Assembly (NCBI GenBank): GCA_030950645.1
Contig: JAUZRF010000007.1
Location: 1 to 59,624, forward strand
DNA: 59,624 bases
DNA from: Mariprofundales bacterium
Lineage (GTDB): Bacteria > Pseudomonadota > Zetaproteobacteria > Mariprofundales > J009
Reading direction: 5' to 3'
How positions within the stretch are numbered: position 1 is the stretch's first letter; the number at the start of each line of letters is the position of its first letter. The position numbers and the translations under genes are program-made. This document shows, piece after piece, positions 34,981 to 45,232 of this stretch. The notes beneath the pieces were generated by a model that worked only from the letters and a program-made list of their open reading frames with translations, had not been told where the DNA came from and made no database searches.

Positions 34981-36989
34981 TGACAGCTATCGCGCTTATT
35001 CCCATATTGCTTGGCTTGCTGGGGCTGGGGGTCGCGTTCGCAATCTATCGCCAGGTGATCGCCTTCCCTGCTGGCGAGGGTAAGGTGGTAGAGATCTCGG
35101 ATTTGATCCATCAGGGAGCAATGGTGTTTCTCCGACGAGAGTACACCATCCTGCTGGGTTTCGTGGTGGCCGTTGCCATCGCATTGGGGTTATCGCCTCT
35201 GGGCATGCATACCACGATGGCCTTCTTGCTGGGTGCGGGTTGTTCGGCATTGGCAGGGTATTGTGGGATGTTTTCCGCGACCAAAGCCAATGTGCGGACT
35301 ACGGTAGCGGCGCATAATGTGGGTTCGGCAATGGCGCTCAATGTCGCCTTTATGGGCGGCTCGGTGATGGGGTTGACGGTGGCAGCCCTGGGCTTGGTTG
35401 GGTTGGGTTCGCTCTATCTCTTGTTTGGTGGTGATCCGGAAACGGTCCATGCGATTCACGGTTTTGGTATGGGAGCCTCATTGGTGGCGCTATTTTCGCG
35501 TGTTGGTGGAGGGATCTTCACCAAGAGTGCCGATATCGGTGCGGATTTGGTGGGTAAGGTGGAGGCGGGGATTCCCGAGGATGATCCCCGCAATCCTGGT
35601 GTGATCGCCGATAATGTTGGTGATAATGTTGGTGATGTAGCGGGGATGGGCTCGGATATTTTCGAGTCCTATTGTGGTGCCATGATCGCCACCATCGCGA
35701 TCGCCTCGACCATGACCGCAGATGCGCTGGCGCCATTGGGCCATCAATCGACCCTGATGTTTCTGCCATTAGCTCTCTCCTCGGCCGGATTGTTGTGCTC
35801 CCTGCTCGGTATCTGGTTGGTTAAGGTCAACGCGCGCAAGAAGCTCGATGTGGCGCTACGCATCGGCACGATTGGTGCGGCGCTGTTGTTCATTATCGCC
35901 TCGTATCTCGTCATTGCGTGGCTGGGTGTAGCCACGGGTGTTTGGGGCGCAGTGCTGGCTGGTGCAGTAGGAGGGATCATTGTTGGTCTGGTTACCGAGT
36001 ATTACACTGGAGGTGCGCCGGTGGATCATATCGCCAAAGCTGGTGAGACCGGACCGGCGACGGTGATGATTGCAGGCTTGGCGATCGGCATGGAGTCGGT
36101 GGCGGTGCCGGTGTTGACGATTTGCGTGGTGATTTTTGTGGCGTCGCATCTGTGCGGTCTCTACGGGGTTGGCATCGCTGCGGTGGGGATGTTGGCTACC
36201 GTGGGGATTACGATGGCGATTGATGCCTATGGTCCGGTGGCTGACAACGCGGGAGGGATCGCTGAGATGGCGGGGCTTGGTGAAGAGACGCGCAAGATTA
36301 CTGATTCACTCGATGAGATGGGTAACACCACCGCCGCAATCGGTAAGGGGTTTGCCATTAGTGCGGCGGCATTGGCGGCACTGGCGATTATTACCGCCTA
36401 TACACAGACGGTGTCGCAGCATGTTGCGCACTTTACGATTGAGTTGACCAATCCTGTGGTGCTGATAGGGATGTTTATTGGTGGTGTGCTGCCATTTCTT
36501 CTCGGCTCCATTACCATGACTGCGGTGGGTGATGCCGCATTTGATATGATTAAGGAGATTCGTCGTCAGTTTCATGAGATTCCCGGCCTGATGGAGGGGA
36601 CTGCGCAGCCCGATACTGAAAAATGTATTGCGATCGCCACCGATGCGGCGCTGAAGAAGATGATTCTTCCTGGGGTATTGGCGTTAGGCGCGCCTGTGGT
36701 GATGGGGTTTGGGCTTGGTGCGGCGGCATTGGGCGGCATGCTCGGCGGTGCGCTGGTCTCTTGTGTATTACTGGCGCTGACCATGTCCAATGCCGGTGGT
36801 GCCTGGGACAACGCCAAGAAGTATGTTGAGAAGGGAAACTATGGCGGCAAGGGCTCTGCGGTGCATGCTGCGGTGGTGGTGGGCGACACCGTAGGCGATC
36901 CATTCAAGGACACCTCTGGGCCATCGATGAATATCCTGATCAATGTGATGGCGATTGTGTCACTGGTGATTGCTCCACTGCTGCATTAA
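34980..36989 (+). CDS. hppA: Membrane-bound proton/sodium-translocating pyrophosphatase
   Basis: 669 aa, polytopic, with [19 protein letters not shown] and DNVGDNVGD motifs. The start overlaps the icd stop (TAATG). Confidence 0.95.
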   Translation: MTAIALIPILLGLLGLGVAFAIYRQVIAFPAGEGKVVEISDLIHQGAMVFLRREYTILLGFVVAVAIALGLSPLGMHTTMAFLLGAGCSALAGYCGMFSATKANVRTTVAAHNVGSAMALNVAFMGGSVMGLTVAALGLVGLGSLYLLFGGDPETVHAIHGFGMGASLVALFSRVGGGIFTKSADIGADLVGKVEAGIPEDDPRNPGVIADNVGDNVGDVAGMGSDIFESYCGAMIATIAIASTMTADALAPLGHQSTLMFLPLALSSAGLLCSLLGIWLVKVNARKKLDVALRIGTIGAALLFIIASYLVIAWLGVATGVWGAVLAGAVGGIIVGLVTEYYTGGAPVDHIAKAGETGPATVMIAGLAIGMESVAVPVLTICVVIFVASHLCGLYGVGIAAVGMLATVGITMAIDAYGPVADNAGGIAEMAGLGEETRKITDSLDEMGNTTAAIGKGFAISAAALAALAIITAYTQTVSQHVAHFTIELTNPVVLIGMFIGGVLPFLLGSITMTAVGDAAFDMIKEIRRQFHEIPGLMEGTAQPDTEKCIAIATDAALKKMILPGVLALGAPVVMGFGLGAAALGGMLGGALVSCVLLALTMSNAGGAWDNAKKYVEKGNYGGKGSAVHAAVVVGDTVGDPFKDTSGPSMNILINVMAIVSLVIAPLLH

Positions 36990-37085
36990 CCGTTACGATC
37001 GAAGTGCCGGTATTCTCAAAGTTGGAATATTTCGCCGCGCAGATGCAGGGGCGCGGAGGTAATTAGTATCAACAATGGCGCGCGT

Positions 37086-37484
37086 TTGTCGGTGAATTGG
37101 CGGGGAACGGGTGCGGACCGATGGCTGCTCGGCCTCGTGTTGCTGCTGATTGTTGCGGGCTGGTGGTTCTCACCGCAACTGCTGGCAGGCACCCCCAAAT
37201 CGGTGGAAATTTTTCATGGTAACCGTGAGGTGGCAAGCTATCCGTGGCCACAAAAAGGGAGCGGAGTCACCACTATTCGTATTCCAGGGGATATCGGTGT
37301 TTCGGTGATTGCGCTTTCTGCGCAGGGGGTGCGGGTAGTGGACGCGCCCTGTCGTGGTAAATACTGTGTCCGTAGCGGGATGCATCGTCGGGCGGGTGAG
37401 ATGATCGTCTGCCTTCCCAACAGGGTGACGGTGCGGATTACTGGGGTGCGTCGCGTGGGAGGTATAGATGCCTTGGCGCAGTGA
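37086..37484 (+). CDS. NusG domain II-containing protein (DUF1312)
   Basis: N-terminal TM helix, then ...CRGKYCVRSGMHRRAGEMIVCLPNRVTVRI, typical of the NusG_II family. TTG start. Confidence 0.6.
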   Translation: MSVNWRGTGADRWLLGLVLLLIVAGWWFSPQLLAGTPKSVEIFHGNREVASYPWPQKGSGVTTIRIPGDIGVSVIALSAQGVRVVDAPCRGKYCVRSGMHRRAGEMIVCLPNRVTVRITGVRRVGGIDALAQ

Positions 37485-38031
37485 TGGTAACGAACTAGCC
37501 GCGCTGAAGCTTCGGTATCGCTGGCTGATTTTGCTGCTTTTGGCGGCGGGGTTGACGGTTTTCGAGTCACTACTGCCATCGTTTGGCCCTTGGTTCAAGC
37601 CGGGTCTGGCCAATATCGTCACCCTGATCGCATTGGCGCTGCTTGGTGCGCGGGCGGCCTTTACGCTGGCGTTGGCACGGGTGGTGATCGGAAGCTTTTT
37701 TCTCGGTACCCTATTCACCCCCACCATGGTGGTTAGTGCAACGGCCGCACTGGTGGCTGCCGGGACGATGGTGGTGCTGTGGCGTGCCAATATTGGTCTA
37801 TCCTTGGTCGGCATCAGTTTGGCTGCTGCCATCGCGCATATGGTGACCCAGTTCATGGTGGTGGAGTGGTGGATTGTGCAGCAACCGGCACTGTTTTATC
37901 TGCTTCCACCGCTGTTGCTGTTGGCTGCTTTGACTGGCTGGATCAATGGAACCCTTGCCCAATATGTTACGCGTCGCTTGGAATCATGCGGTTATGGTAA
38001 CTACTCAGCACCCTACCGAAAAAGCCTTTAG
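37468..38031 (+). CDS. Gx transporter-family membrane protein (Hpre_diP_synt_I-like)
   Basis: Five TM helices (..GLANIVTLIALALLGARAAFTLALARVVIGSFFLG..). The last ~11 aa are read from a short-module fragment. Confidence 0.6.
   Translation: MPWRSDGNELAALKLRYRWLILLLLAAGLTVFESLLPSFGPWFKPGLANIVTLIALALLGARAAFTLALARVVIGSFFLGTLFTPTMVVSATAALVAAGTMVVLWRANIGLSLVGISLAAAIAHMVTQFMVVEWWIVQQPALFYLLPPLLLLAALTGWINGTLAQYVTRRLESCGYGNYSAPYRKSL
37997..38026 (-). repeat. Beta short-module fragment
   Basis: GTAACTACTCAGCACCCTACCGAAAAAGCC. Lacks the distal GTAAC. Confidence 0.5.
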
Positions 38032-38041
38032 GGTTGCGGCC

Positions 38042-39892
38042 ATGAGCGAAACGGTAGAGAGGAAAGTGCGCGGGCTGTTTGCTGCTGATGGAGCCTTGGC
38101 TCAGGCACTGCCGGGATTTCAGGCGCGGGAAGCGCAGCTGGCGTTGGCGTTGGAGATCACTCGGGCGATGGAGGGTGGCGACTCCTTGATTGCTGAGGCG
38201 GAGACTGGCACCGGCAAAACGCTGGCCTACCTGATTCCGGCACTGGTCGGTGAGGGGAAAGTGCTGATCTCGACCCACACCAAGGCGTTGCAGGATCAGT
38301 TGATGCATCGCGATATTCCCGCAGTGCAACGCGCGTTGGGACGCAATCGTGCGATTGCTCTGCTCAAGGGTCGCAGCAATTATCTCTGTCCGCACCGCTT
38401 GCAGCAGGCGTTAACTAGCCACCAGATGGAGCTATGGATGGAGTCGCCGCTGCTCAAGGTGAAGCAGTGGGGTGAACGCAGCCGCGACGGGGATCTTTCC
38501 GGACTGGGATTTGATCCGTTTGTTCGCGGGATTGGCGGGCTGATTACCGCCACCGCCGAGCAGTGTTTGGGTAGTAAGTGCGGTCAGTTTAGCCGCTGCC
38601 CGCTGATGAGTGCCCGACAGAAGGCGCATGATGCCGATGTGGTGATTAGCAACCATAGCTTGTTGCTGGCTGATGCCCGACTTAAGGCCGGTGAATTTGG
38701 CGCGGTGCTGCCCGATTTCGATCATTATGTGATTGATGAGGCGCATGGTCTGCCGAAGCTGGCTAGCCAGCATTTTGGTGTGCAATTGGGTCGTCGTCGT
38801 CTGATGCAGTGGTTGCGTGATGTGCAGCTAGCCTTGGAGGAGCAGGGGGATGAGCCGGCGTTGATGGCGGAGCTAGCAGAGGCTGGCGCAGCGTTGTTGC
38901 AGCAGTGGACGACATGGGAGTTGGCAGCACTCTCGGCGGGGTGGGATGCGGCCGTTGCGCCTTTTTTTAAAGCAGAGTTTGATGATGATGAACTGATCCG
39001 TCTTGATGCGCGGGCGCGGTCGATTTGTGCGGATTTTGCTGCGGTGGCCGAGCCGGAGCCCGGATTTGTTGCCTGGGAGGATGGGGAGGGGGATTTTCGC
39101 CGTTGGCAGGCGGCTCCGGTGGAGACGGGTCCGGTGCTGGATCGCTACCTGTGGCAGATTCCGGCTAGCTTTGTACTGCTATCGGCCACCTTTCGGGTAT
39201 CGAACTCATTTGCCTATATTAAACATCATGTTGGTCTACCTGAGGCGCTGGAGTCCTACCACTCCTCGCCCTTTGATTACCCCAGCCAGGCATTGATCTA
39301 CCTGCCGCGCCACCTGATTCCCGGCGGGGATGAGCGGTTGGTGGTGGAGGCGATGGAGTCGCTGCTCAGAGCCTCCAGTGGGCGCGCATTTGTGCTTTTT
39401 ACCGCGCATTCGGCGCTGCGTCGTATCGCACCACAGCTGGCGCAGCAGCTGCCGTGGCCGGTGTTGATTCAGGGCGAAGGGGTAGGACGCGATGCGTTGT
39501 TGCAGCAGTTTCGTCAACAGGGCAATTCGGTATTGTGTGGCACGCGCAGTTTTTGGGAGGGGGTGGATGTGCCGGGTGCGGCGTTGTCGATGGTGATTAT
39601 CGATAAAATGCCGTTTGCACCGCCCAACGATCCACTGTTGGCGGAACGGATTCGCAGATGTGAAGCGGATGGCGGCAATGGCTTTCGTGACATCCAGCTT
39701 CCTGAGGCGATTGCGGTGCTACGACAGGGGGTGGGACGGTTGATCCGCAGCGAGCAGGATCGCGGGGTGATGGCAATTCTCGATTCGCGTTTGCGGCAGA
39801 AATTTTATGGCCGCGAGGTGCTACGCAACCTTCCGCCAGCACCGCTGTGCGACGATCTGGCCGAGGTGCGTTGGTTTTTTGAATCGGAGTGA
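38042..39892 (+). CDS. dinG: DinG/YoaA-family ATP-dependent DNA helicase
   Basis: Walker A AETGTGKTLAYL, DEAH box VIDEAHGL and a 4-Cys Fe-S cluster region. Start trimmed from 37946 to ATG 38042 because the upstream extension runs through repeat sequence. Confidence 0.85.
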   Translation: MSETVERKVRGLFAADGALAQALPGFQAREAQLALALEITRAMEGGDSLIAEAETGTGKTLAYLIPALVGEGKVLISTHTKALQDQLMHRDIPAVQRALGRNRAIALLKGRSNYLCPHRLQQALTSHQMELWMESPLLKVKQWGERSRDGDLSGLGFDPFVRGIGGLITATAEQCLGSKCGQFSRCPLMSARQKAHDADVVISNHSLLLADARLKAGEFGAVLPDFDHYVIDEAHGLPKLASQHFGVQLGRRRLMQWLRDVQLALEEQGDEPALMAELAEAGAALLQQWTTWELAALSAGWDAAVAPFFKAEFDDDELIRLDARARSICADFAAVAEPEPGFVAWEDGEGDFRRWQAAPVETGPVLDRYLWQIPASFVLLSATFRVSNSFAYIKHHVGLPEALESYHSSPFDYPSQALIYLPRHLIPGGDERLVVEAMESLLRASSGRAFVLFTAHSALRRIAPQLAQQLPWPVLIQGEGVGRDALLQQFRQQGNSVLCGTRSFWEGVDVPGAALSMVIIDKMPFAPPNDPLLAERIRRCEADGGNGFRDIQLPEAIAVLRQGVGRLIRSEQDRGVMAILDSRLRQKFYGREVLRNLPPAPLCDDLAEVRWFFESE

Positions 39893-39893
39893 C

Positions 39894-39909
39894 GGGTGCT
39901 GAGCGTTAC
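39894..39909 (+). repeat. 16-nt short-module terminus fragment
   Basis: GGGTGCTGAGCGTTAC compared with the family terminus GGGTGCTGAGTAGTTAC. Confidence 0.3.
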
Positions 39910-41150
39910 CTTCGTTCGTTGTTTGTCTCTGCAATCGTGGTCGCATGATGCTTTGGCAGCCCGAGTACGAAGGGGATGGCAGCGAGAGCCAGTGCTGCGC
40001 ATAGCCACCAGATGGCGTGGTATCCGGCCGGCTTGACCAGCCAGCCACAGCCCATGATCCCGACGGTTGAACCGAGTCCAAAACCGGTGGCGGAGAACCA
40101 TCCTTGGGCAGATGCGGCGCGGTTGCGCGGAGCCCAGCGCTGTACCCACACCAGTGCGGTGATGTGAAAGGCGGCGAAGCTGGCGGCATGGAGTAGTTGC
40201 AGCAGCCCCAGACCCCACCATGAGCTAACCGCACCGATACCGACCCAGCGCACCGCGGCCAGCAGCAGGCAGACGGTTAGCACTTTGCGTGGATCAGAGG
40301 CGTGGAGCCAGTCGCTGGCTAGCCACATCAGCACTACCTCAGCCAATACTCCGATCACCCAGTAGATGCCAATATGCCAGCTACTGTATCCCAGTTGCAG
40401 CAGGTAGAGGCTGAAAAAACCGTAATAGGCGCCGTGGGATGCCTGCATCAAAAAACCGGTGGTAATGAGGCGACCAAAGGCACCCGCTGGAGGTTGATTA
40501 TTGGTGTGGTGGGGTTGGTGGGGAGGCAGATTGGTTTGTGGAAATCCCCGTCCGGCAATGGCGGTAACCAGCATCATGGCTGCAATCCACCAGGGCAGGG
40601 TGGTGATGTTGGCGCCGCGAAAGACCCATCCGCCGATGCTGGAGGCAACCACGAATCCCAGCGAACCAAAGGCGCGCAGGCGGCCATAGCTGCGATGGCC
40701 GCTCTCAGAGATGGATAGTGCGAGTTGGTCTGCCAATGGCAGACTTGATGCCCATAGCAGGCTAAAGAGGAGGATGGCAGCGGCCAATAGCGTGGGGAAT
40801 GGGATCCATGGCCAGAGCAGCGCGAGCAGTGCGGCTAGCATGGAACTCATGCTGATCATGCGTATCAGTCGCTTCCCCTCGCCATGATCGGCTAGCCAGC
40901 CGGCAATGGGTGGGGCGATGATTTTCCCTGCCGCCAGCAGGCCGGTCATGATGCCGATGGTGGCGAGGTTCAGGCCCTGTTGCTGCAACCACAATGGGAA
41001 AAATGGCAAGATCAACCCCATGGCCGCGAAGTAGGCGCCATAGTAGAGGCGGATCGACCTCACTTTTGCGGAGATAGGCGGTAGCATGGGCGCGAGGCTA
41101 GCGTTTGCGATGCGGGATGGCTTGGCGGAAGCCATCATGATGGCACGCAC
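39906..41150 (-). CDS. MFS transporter (MFS_1_like / PPP-family-like)
   Basis: 12 TM helices with ..IRLYYGAYFAAMGLILPFFPLWLQQQG.. The true start may be the internal ATG at 41087. Confidence 0.75.
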   Translation of the reverse strand: MRAIMMASAKPSRIANASLAPMLPPISAKVRSIRLYYGAYFAAMGLILPFFPLWLQQQGLNLATIGIMTGLLAAGKIIAPPIAGWLADHGEGKRLIRMISMSSMLAALLALLWPWIPFPTLLAAAILLFSLLWASSLPLADQLALSISESGHRSYGRLRAFGSLGFVVASSIGGWVFRGANITTLPWWIAAMMLVTAIAGRGFPQTNLPPHQPHHTNNQPPAGAFGRLITTGFLMQASHGAYYGFFSLYLLQLGYSSWHIGIYWVIGVLAEVVLMWLASDWLHASDPRKVLTVCLLLAAVRWVGIGAVSSWWGLGLLQLLHAASFAAFHITALVWVQRWAPRNRAASAQGWFSATGFGLGSTVGIMGCGWLVKPAGYHAIWWLCAALALAAIPFVLGLPKHHATTIAETNNERR

Positions 41151-41172
41151 TTTGCTTCAGGTTGGATGGAAT

Positions 41173-41447
41173 GTAACTACTGAGGTAACTACTCAGCTCA
41201 CTCCCGGTTTTCCTGATAGCGGCGTTGAAAAATGCTCATTTACAGTAGTAAACTCCGCTTTTTCGCCTTGCTATCAGGAAAACCGGAAGCGATCTGAGCA
41301 GTTACGGGTGCTGAGTAGTTACCTACTGAGATCACTTCTGGCTTTTCCGGTAGCGGCGTTGAAAAATGCGCGTTTACAGTAGTAAACGCTGCTTTTTCGC
41401 CTTGCCATCAAAAAACCAGAAAAATAAGAAGCGATCTGAGCAGTTAC
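41173..41447 (+). mobile_element. Outer MITE copy, split by a nested insertion (41173-41184 plus 41323-41447)
   Basis: Perfect 8-bp TSD GATGGAAT at 41165-41172 and 41448-41455. Carries a 9-bp internal insertion. Confidence 0.9.
41185..41322 (+). mobile_element. Inner MITE copy (121-bp core 41185-41305 plus minimal short module to 41322) nested in the terminus of the outer copy
   Basis: Flanked by perfect CTACTGAG (41177-41184 / 41323-41330), which is nt 5-12 of the outer element's own terminal repeat. Confidence 0.9.
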
Positions 41448-41472
41448 GATGGAATCAATATTGGAGGCCGAA

Positions 41473-42429
41473 ATGTTTCGCTATCGTTCTTTTTTCATCG
41501 CGCTCATTGTGATGGTTGCAGGCTGTGTGTCGCAACCGCTGCACTTGGTCAATGCCATGGGGGATGACCATGCATGTCAGCCCCAGCCTCGGAATGGGCT
41601 ATGGGGAAAGGTGATGCCGAATCATGTTTCTGACGCCTGTGTGCAGAAACTGACACAAGCGGGCTTTGTGCCGCGCGATGCGGCGGGCATGGTCAACATC
41701 CGCTTGGCGATGGAGGATGGGCAGGTGACGGTGCGAGATTTCCCTAGCGGCGTGCTGTTGCGGCAGCCGAACTTGATGGCGGGCGATACGCTCTTGTCGA
41801 TTGATGAGCAGCGGCCAGATTCGTTGCAGTCTGCCGATGCCATGCTGTTTGGCACCAAGGGGAGTGAGGTGAGCCTACTGTTTGGTCGTGGTGAATTGCG
41901 CTTTCCGCTCAAAATGTCGCGTCTGCCATTGGTGGATGCGACCCTAGCGCCAGGGTTGCCAAAGGTGGTGCCGTTGCATACTGATGGCGGTGAAACAGCC
42001 AGTTCAAATGGTGGCAGCATGGCTAAATCGGTGCTGGCTCAGTCACAAACGCCTTCACCGATCCCCGTGGCTGCAGCCATGGCACCCAATATTGCCGATG
42101 GCTATGCGCAAGCCGATACCGCGCAACCCAATACCGCCCCGGTGTTCGCAACGCCTGCGCTGCCGGTGCGGCCGTTAATTGTGGCTGGGGATCAAATCTG
42201 CCATCTGCGCGACCCGTTTATCGATGTTGGTCGGGTGCAGGAGGTGCGTGGATCCCAGGTGCTGGTCACGATGGACCATATTCAACTGGCATCGGTGCCG
42301 TATACGGATTTTTACCATGTAAATACCCGACCCCAGTGGTCGGCGTTGGCACAATGGCATCCCTGTTCTGGCTCCTCGCCGGTTTTTATGGCGCTACCGA
42401 CGATGAAACGGAACGGGCATCCTCACTGA
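41473..42429 (+). CDS. Lipoprotein with PDZ-like segment, function unknown
   Basis: GGAGG RBS, MFRYRSFFIALIVMVAGC lipobox, and a central ..GDTLLSIDEQ...GSEVSLLF.. PDZ-like stretch. The ORF track starts at 41449. Confidence 0.5.
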   Translation: MFRYRSFFIALIVMVAGCVSQPLHLVNAMGDDHACQPQPRNGLWGKVMPNHVSDACVQKLTQAGFVPRDAAGMVNIRLAMEDGQVTVRDFPSGVLLRQPNLMAGDTLLSIDEQRPDSLQSADAMLFGTKGSEVSLLFGRGELRFPLKMSRLPLVDATLAPGLPKVVPLHTDGGETASSNGGSMAKSVLAQSQTPSPIPVAAAMAPNIADGYAQADTAQPNTAPVFATPALPVRPLIVAGDQICHLRDPFIDVGRVQEVRGSQVLVTMDHIQLASVPYTDFYHVNTRPQWSALAQWHPCSGSSPVFMALPTMKRNGHPH

Positions 42430-42457
42430 GATGCAACGCATCGGTGGAATATATCCT

Positions 42458-43807
42458 CTACAGCAATAGTGCTTTAGCCTTCTCGGCATCGAATATCGCC
42501 TTGTCTACCCGCAGGTAAGCGACAGACTCTTCAGCAACAACCCGTGCTTCATCTACTCCGGTGAGTTGCAGCAGCTTCTGCTCCAGTTGTGCCCCTTGTT
42601 GTGCGTGCGCGGGATTGACCGCCAGCATCATGGCGGTGCGCATCATTGGTGGAGCCATCCTTACTGCCAGCGCCAACCAGAGCAATGCCCCGATAGCACA
42701 GGCAGTGAAGATTCCCGTTACCCCGTAGGTCTCTAGCAGAAGGCCACCCCCGGCACCGCCGACAAATGCACCGAGAAACTGGCTGGTGGAGTAGATTCCC
42801 ATTGCCGTTCCCTTGCCATCAATGGGGGCGATGCGCGACACCAGTGAGGGAAGGGTGGCCTCCAACACATTGTAAGCGATAAAGAATATTAGCATGCCGG
42901 TGATGACGCCAATCCAGCCTTGGTGTGCGAATGCCAGCGAGACACCGGAGAGCGCAATCAGACCAATCGCGGTACAAAACACCTGTTTAAGTTTTTTGCG
43001 TTTCTCGGCAATGATCACCATGGGCACCATAATGGCCATCGCCACCAGCAGGGTGGGAAGATAGACCCAAGAGTGGTGGACAACGGGTAATTTCAAGTTA
43101 TCACGCAGCACAAAGGGCATCGCGATGAACATCGCGGTCATGATGGCGTGCAGCACCAAAATGCCGAAATCCAATCGTAGCAGCTCAACATTGTGTAGCG
43201 CCGCGCCCAGCTGGGCAGGAATGGTTTCCGCGTCGCGATGGATGCCGGTATGGGTCGGTGTCGGGATGGCGGTGTGCAGTAGTACAATGGCTCCGATGGC
43301 CAGTACGGCGGTGAGCCAGAAGATGCCGTTGACTCCGATGATGGAATCAAGCCATGGCCCGAGAATGAGTGAGATGGTGAATGATAATCCAATTGACATG
43401 CCGATCGTGGCGGTGGCTTTGGTACGGATCTCCTCACGGGTGAGATCTGCTAGCAGTGCCATCATGGCTGCGGCGATAGCCCCTGCTCCTTGCAGAGCAC
43501 GACCCATAATGACACCCCATATAGTATGTGAACTGGCGGCAACGACACTGCCAAGTGCAAAAATGATGAGCCCGATGGTAATCACAGGCTTGCGACCGAT
43601 GCGATCTGATAGGATTCCAAACGGGATCTGTAGCAGCGCCATCGTTAGGCCATAGGCACCCAGTGCCAGACCGATCAGTGTCGGGGTGACGCCATCGAGT
43701 TTTTCGGCATAGAGCGCAAACACCGGCAGGATGAGAAACAATCCTAGCATGCGCAGGCTGTAGATGCCTGCAAGGGTGAATACACTGCGTTTTTCTATTG
43801 GGGTCAT
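42458..43807 (-). CDS. yajR: MFS transporter, YajR-like (with C-terminal soluble domain)
   Basis: ..GIYSLRMLGLFLILPVFALYA...LLQIPFGILSDRIGRKPVI.. is collinear with E. coli YajR, and an extra ~60-aa C-terminal domain is present. Confidence 0.75.
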   Translation of the reverse strand: MTPIEKRSVFTLAGIYSLRMLGLFLILPVFALYAEKLDGVTPTLIGLALGAYGLTMALLQIPFGILSDRIGRKPVITIGLIIFALGSVVAASSHTIWGVIMGRALQGAGAIAAAMMALLADLTREEIRTKATATIGMSIGLSFTISLILGPWLDSIIGVNGIFWLTAVLAIGAIVLLHTAIPTPTHTGIHRDAETIPAQLGAALHNVELLRLDFGILVLHAIMTAMFIAMPFVLRDNLKLPVVHHSWVYLPTLLVAMAIMVPMVIIAEKRKKLKQVFCTAIGLIALSGVSLAFAHQGWIGVITGMLIFFIAYNVLEATLPSLVSRIAPIDGKGTAMGIYSTSQFLGAFVGGAGGGLLLETYGVTGIFTACAIGALLWLALAVRMAPPMMRTAMMLAVNPAHAQQGAQLEQKLLQLTGVDEARVVAEESVAYLRVDKAIFDAEKAKALLL

Positions 43808-43899
43808 GGAATGATGCTCCTTTGCATAGTTCTATGCCCGAATGCTGATCTTCTGGCAGGGTGATTGTCCAGTAGTTTCGTCTATTCGTATTTTTCGGG

Positions 43900-44021
43900 A
43901 TAACTGCTCAGATCGCTTTCGGTTTTTTCCGATAGTAAGGCGAAAAAGTGGAGTTTACTTATTATAAATAAGCGTTTTCAACGCAGCTATCGGGAAAACT
44001 GGGAGTGGGCTGAGTAGTTAC
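43900..44021 (-). mobile_element. MITE copy, diverged core
   Basis: ATAACTGCTCAGATCGCTTTCGG...GGGAGTGGGCTGAGTAGTTAC. The TSD is only approximate (TTTTTCGG / ATTTTCGG with a 1-nt offset). Confidence 0.8.
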
Positions 44022-44728
44022 TATTTTCGGTATTGTAGGAACTGGCTGGCTCGCCCTTCGCAGAGGCCGCGTTGTTCGAATTTGGTCGATGGACGGGCAT
44101 CATCGCGGGGGACAAACCCATCTTCCACACCCTCATTGTGCAGCCCTGGGGTGGCATTGAGGATGTCGCGCATCCATTCAGCCAGATCGGGCTTATCGCT
44201 GGCGAGATGGATGAATCCGCCGAGCTCAAGTCGACTAACCAACAGGCGTGCGAACTCGGGTTGAATCAGTCGCCGTTTATGGTGGCGCAATTTTGGCCAG
44301 GGATCGGGATGGTTGATGACGATGCCATGGAGGAAGCCTTCTGGAATTTGCTGCTCCAGCACAAATTGGGCCGGAAGCTGTGAAATACGGCAACGATCAA
44401 TGACCTCAGCATCCTCCAGTCGTCCCACCGCTTTGGCGACGCTAGGCAGATAGATCTCGATGCCGATGAGGCGCCATTCTGGGTGGGTCTGCGCCATGTG
44501 TACCAGAAAATCACCATTACCGAAGCCGATCTCCAATACCCATGGCGCGGCGCGCTTGGTGAGATCTGTATCATCGCTGGTGAGCATCGCATCGCGAGGC
44601 AGGCCGATGATCGGCAGCCAATGCTCCAACCGTGCCTGCTGTCCCTTGGTGACAAAACCATTCTTGCGCCCATGGGTGCGCAGCTCGTGTTGCTGATATT
44701 GGTCGAGGAACGCTTGGTCTAATCTCAT
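44021..44728 (-). CDS. trmB: tRNA (guanine-N7)-methyltransferase
   Basis: ..WVLEIGFGNGDFLVHMA...INHPDPWPK.. TrmB motifs. The TAG stop shares its last base with the MITE terminus. Confidence 0.9.
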   Translation of the reverse strand: MRLDQAFLDQYQQHELRTHGRKNGFVTKGQQARLEHWLPIIGLPRDAMLTSDDTDLTKRAAPWVLEIGFGNGDFLVHMAQTHPEWRLIGIEIYLPSVAKAVGRLEDAEVIDRCRISQLPAQFVLEQQIPEGFLHGIVINHPDPWPKLRHHKRRLIQPEFARLLVSRLELGGFIHLASDKPDLAEWMRDILNATPGLHNEGVEDGFVPRDDARPSTKFEQRGLCEGRASQFLQYRK

Positions 44729-44791
44729 CGGCTAGAAACAACGATGCCAGCCTTGATTGGCTGGCATCGCATTGAAATGAAAGATGATATT

Positions 44792-45121
44792 TTACAGATG
44801 TTCGTTGATAAATTCGGTGAGCTTGACCTTGTTTACTGCGCCAACCTTGGTGCCTTGTACATTGCCCCCTTCGAAGATCATGAGGGTGGGGATACCGCGG
44901 ACACCGTACTTGCCTGGGGTGTTCATGTTGTCGTCAATGTTGATCTTGGCGATAGTGATTTTTCCGTCCAGTTCTTTGGAAATCTCATCGAGAATCGGTG
45001 CGATCTGTTTGCATGGCCCGCACCATGGTGCCCAAAAGTCGACCAGAACTGGTCCGTCGTGTCCGAGCACGGCTTGTTCAAAGTTGTCATCGCTGACTTC
45101 AATAATGTTTTCAGATGCCAT
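44792..45121 (-). CDS. trxA: Thioredoxin
   Basis: 109 aa with the WAPWCGPCK active site. Confidence 0.95.
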   Translation of the reverse strand: MASENIIEVSDDNFEQAVLGHDGPVLVDFWAPWCGPCKQIAPILDEISKELDGKITIAKINIDDNMNTPGKYGVRGIPTLMIFEGGNVQGTKVGAVNKVKLTEFINEHL

Positions 45122-45232
45122 GGGCTACTCTCCTGTCGAGGATGTTTGGTTTCAAGGGTTAATGATATGGGAGGGAATGGTCGCGTCAAATCAGATCTGT
45201 CAGACCAAAGGGGGATCAGCCTTGTTCCACCG

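Noticed and set aside
37946-38041. A 32-codon N-terminal extension of the DinG-like helicase (MEPLPNMLRVAWNHAVMVTTQHPTEKAFRVAA...).
   Set aside because: The extension overlaps the preceding gene and runs through a short-module repeat fragment (..VTTQHPT..). The conserved helicase N-terminus begins at ATG 38042.
41173-41447. Closely spaced direct repeats with short intervening sequence, also seen at 2606-2890, 14664-14966 and 45233-45418, could suggest a CRISPR array.
   Set aside because: The units are 121-bp palindromes with TSDs and overlapping ends. The intervening sequences are 0-12 nt or are conserved modules and not unique spacers. The units occur singly all over the window, and no cas genes or leader sequence are present.
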